Positions 61,452 to 64,000 of a stretch of 64,000 nt of DNA are shown here, piece by piece. Under the pieces are notes generated by a model. That model was not told the DNA's origin and did no database searches. It worked only from the letters and a program-made list of their open reading frames with translations. Source of the stretch: Methanoregula sp. (GTDB taxonomy: Archaea > Halobacteriota > Methanomicrobia > Methanomicrobiales > Methanospirillaceae); NCBI GenBank assembly GCA_041662685.1, contig JBAZRZ010000003.1, positions 1,372 to 65,371 of the forward strand, written 5' to 3'. How positions within the stretch are numbered: position 1 is the first letter of the stretch; each line of letters starts with the position of its first letter. The translations under genes were made by a program, and so were the position numbers.

Positions 61452-61880
61452 TTACCGCACCGAATAACCTGCCCGCGTAAGAATACGGACTACCTCCTTA
61501 TCCCATACGGTGTCATCGGTCTCCGTTAACGGATCGATGCATTTCTCCCAGCACCGGTTTAAGAAGGCATCTTCGGTGACAAGCGAGCGCCGGAACATGA
61601 CACGCCCCACCCTTCGTCCGGTATGATTGAGGATCAGCAGCCGCCAGCAGGAGAAGTCCTGGCAGATATCCGGCCTTGTTAAATGAACGGTGCAATACGC
61701 TTTCTCGCTGCCCGGCATATGCCGGAAGAACGGGCATGCCTCTGGAAGTTTTGCAAAGATACTCTTGTCCAAGAAAAGTTCATGCTTATCGGCATCGACG
61801 GTTACTTCAGTTTCATCAGAAGTATACTGATTGAACACAATAAAATGAAAGTTGCCGAGATCTTTAAGTATGGTATGCAC
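61452..61880 (-). CDS. YkgJ/UPF0153-like cysteine-cluster protein
   Basis: Contains ACPFF....YCTVHLTRPDICQDFSC. Confidence 0.55.
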   Translation of the reverse strand: MHTILKDLGNFHFIVFNQYTSDETEVTVDADKHELFLDKSIFAKLPEACPFFRHMPGSEKAYCTVHLTRPDICQDFSCWRLLILNHTGRRVGRVMFRRSLVTEDAFLNRCWEKCIDPLTETDDTVWDKEVVRILTRAGYSVR

Positions 61881-62031
61881 AAGCCCCAGATGGGAACAGC
61901 ACTCTCCGCACTGATGGCACTCAAACGCGATGGCACCCGACTCCTGGTACCGTATTGGGCGTCCGGACTTTTAAAAAAAACCACCGTGTCGCAGCTGATA
62001 TATCCGTGCCACACCATACACTTCCTGACAC

Positions 62032-62547
62032 ATGGTAAACTTCCCTTCACTCTTTTACAGGAATGATGGCGACCGTGATGCACCTGCGTGCCGGTATGCA
62101 CGGGAATCGGATGCGATCGGGCGGTTATTCCTGCGCCCGTTCTTTTTGAGCCTGACGATCGGGGTTCCGTTCTGTATCTATAAGATGATCTTTGGGATCA
62201 GCATCCTGCGGGCAGGAGCGGCGGGATGGCTGATCATCATCTGGGCAGTTGCCGACCTCTTAATGAACAGTGCATACTCGGTGCAGGACTTGTTGCACCT
62301 CCCGGCCCGGTTTGAGTGCTGCACGTTAGCCCAAACGGGTCGGTTTTTTTCCCGGCCGATGGTTTTTCTTGCACTCGATACCCTGCTGTCGTTCTCAATC
62401 GTCTGCCTGATGCTCTGGTCTGGTTGGATCGCGTCACTCTCACCTTTTGAGCTCGTGCTCTGGTATGCTGCGACAACGCTCAACCTCGTGAGCTTATCGG
62501 TAGTCTCACTCTACAACGAGATCCGTAAAGTACGACCGGGTTATTAA
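62032..62547 (+). CDS. hypothetical membrane protein
   Basis: About 4 predicted TM helices and no recognised motif. The start is uncertain. Confidence 0.35.
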   Translation: MVNFPSLFYRNDGDRDAPACRYARESDAIGRLFLRPFFLSLTIGVPFCIYKMIFGISILRAGAAGWLIIIWAVADLLMNSAYSVQDLLHLPARFECCTLAQTGRFFSRPMVFLALDTLLSFSIVCLMLWSGWIASLSPFELVLWYAATTLNLVSLSVVSLYNEIRKVRPGY

Positions 62548-62572
62548 AATAAAAAAGAATGAGATTGAAGTT

Positions 62573-62995
62573 TTACGAAAAGAACGAGAAGTCGTTCTTG
62601 ATCGCAATCGCTTCTATGATGGGGTTCATCGTTGCTTCCGGGATACCGAATTTGTCCATGTACATCTGAAGGATCGCCTTCTCTTCCCCGGCAAGCACAC
62701 CATCGGACATGGCGAGGTCGCAGAGAACGGCGAGCGTAGCAATCTTCTGCTTCTCCTCAAGCACGTTTGCGATCAGGTCAATAACGGCGGGAAACTTATT
62801 GGCCTTTAAAACCTGCATAGCGGTATCAATGGATTTCTGGTCGCCACGGCAGATCTTTGCGAGATCGTTCATCTCGGCCTGATCGATAACACCGTCAGCC
62901 GCAATAACGGTAATGGCTGAGAGCACGAGAGCTGATTTCGGGTTGAGCGTTGCAGTCTTTCCAGTTAACGTGTCAAAAATTCCTATAGTGAACAT
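62573..62995 (-). CDS. TerB-like (tellurite-resistance TerB fold) protein
   Basis: 140 aa with two DG.I...E repeats (AADGVIDQAEMNDL and MSDGVLAGEEKAIL). Confidence 0.6.
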   Translation of the reverse strand: MFTIGIFDTLTGKTATLNPKSALVLSAITVIAADGVIDQAEMNDLAKICRGDQKSIDTAMQVLKANKFPAVIDLIANVLEEKQKIATLAVLCDLAMSDGVLAGEEKAILQMYMDKFGIPEATMNPIIEAIAIKNDFSFFS

Positions 62996-63136
62996 CTTTT
63001 TTTTTTTTTTTATTATTGGATGCAGGATTACATCTTTCTTTCGCCCGGTGCATTTACAAAAGCCATATCAGGAAAATTCCACGGGTTTATATGGCACTGC
63101 ACTCATACATTTCAAAAGAAAAAACCGGTGAATTGT

Positions 63137-63501
63137 ATGAACGATCTCACGGTGGAACAGGTTATCGCCTTCCACAAACAGGTAATGAAGACCGATGACG
63201 GGGATGACCGGCTACTCTCGGAAGCCGGTCTCCACCAGATGGTATTTTCAGCCAACCGTATTGAGGATATTTACCCAGGGGCAGCGCTTGCCTTTTTCTC
63301 CCTTGTCGCATACCCGGCATTTCGCGAGGGCAACAGTCGCACAGCACAGCTTATGGCTGATATGATCCTCAACCATAACGGCTGCACGCTTAAAGACGGC
63401 GATGCTGATATGACCCCTCTCGTGCAGAGGGGATTGCATCGTTCACGCTTGAACCGGCAGATATTGAAGAGTGGTTGCACTCACATTATAAAAACATCTG
63501 A
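63137..63501 (+). pseudogene. doc: Doc/Fic-family toxin homologue, degenerate active site and C-terminal frameshift
   Basis: Doc-like layout. The Fic motif position reads PAFREGNSRTA instead of HxFx(D/E)GN(G/K)R. After the G4 run at 63429-63432, the Doc-like C-terminus (EGIASFTLEPADIEEWLHSHYKNI-stop at 63499-63501) is in another frame. Confidence 0.6.
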
Positions 63502-63602
63502 CCCGTGATCACTTTTTTAAAAATTAATTGCCAGCGGAAGTCACGAGGTAAATGGCAAAAAAAAGAAAGATGTGTAGAGAGTTTCGGGTTTTTTAGTAAT
63601 CC

Positions 63603-64000
63603 TCACGGGTAGAGAAGATATTCCCCCTCAATCCGTACCACCGCATTGCCCCCGAAAAATACACTGTGCTGCACCTTTGAGCGTCACTCACAATACGGAT
63701 GATATTCGGGTGCTCCCTGTTCTTCCCCTGCTCTATGGCAATCATGCATCCGTCCCAGGTACCCTCTTTGAGCAGATAATATCCCAGCGCCGCATTGCCC
63801 GAACCCGTTGCAGGATCTTCAAGAGATCCAAAGATGGGGGCAAACACCCTTGTTCGGTAACTGTTCCCGACGCTGGAAGTCTCATTCGAGAAAACCACAA
63901 TGATCTCAATCCCGTTTGCCAGGCAGAATTCCTTCAGGTGCTGCTGATCCGGATGAATAGAGAGCAGCGTGTCGAGAGTATCTACCGGAACGATCAGGGT
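63603..64000 (-). pseudogene. PhzF-family isomerase (partial, runs off window), C-terminal frameshift
   Basis: Contains VFAPIFGSLEDPATGSGNAALGYYL. The typical C-terminus (VQHSVFFGGNAVVRIEGEYLLYP-stop at 63603-63605) is in another frame, with the shift near 63675. Confidence 0.65.

Noticed and set aside
1-64000. Search for CRISPR arrays, rRNA, tRNA, and IS/transposase or integrase genes
   Set aside because: I saw no regularly spaced direct repeats, no tRNA-like acceptor/T-arm signatures (for example GGTTCGAATCC-type) and no rRNA-like segments. No transposase or integrase motifs appear in any listed ORF. A by-eye scan cannot exclude small RNAs.

Overview
This is a chromosomal window from a methanogenic archaeon, probably Methanomicrobiales-like. 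That assignment is an inference from gene content: YcaO-TfuA, F420H2-oxidase-type FprA, a DUF1890/DUF1894-type pair, archaeal histone, RadA, FEN-1, NOG1, KH-only NusA, diphthine synthase and a presenilin homologue. I support about 75 genes, mostly housekeeping. They include RNase J, lysA-dapL, leuCDB-type genes, feoB with a DtxR-FeoA regulator, a two-subunit 2-oxoacid:ferredoxin oxidoreductase, a polar amino-acid ABC transporter and uppS. I recognised no rRNA, tRNA, CRISPR array or transposase.

Most interesting items:
1. A two-gene ABC-ATPase + small TOPRIM module (26595-28420). It looks like an OLD-family nuclease split into two proteins (PARIS/AbiL/DUF4276-like) and sits in an AT-richer islet.
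2. A three-gene nitrogenase-like NifH/D/K-type cluster (31888-34832). It has short D/K subunits and none of the other genes I would expect in a nif operon in the window, so it is not a canonical nitrogenase.
3. An HTH-CBS regulator gene (11052-11936) whose reading frame continues across two in-frame TAG codons.
4. A catalytic UppS lacking a C-terminal RxG motif, next to a non-catalytic UppS paralogue that ends in RxG. This suggests a heteromeric cis-prenyltransferase.
5. Decayed HepT/MNT and Doc-like toxin genes next to an intact VapBC pair.

At least 10 genes carry single-base frameshifts, mostly at short homopolymer runs. This could be sequencing error as easily as real pseudogenisation. All calls come from reading motifs in the supplied translations; no database search was run.
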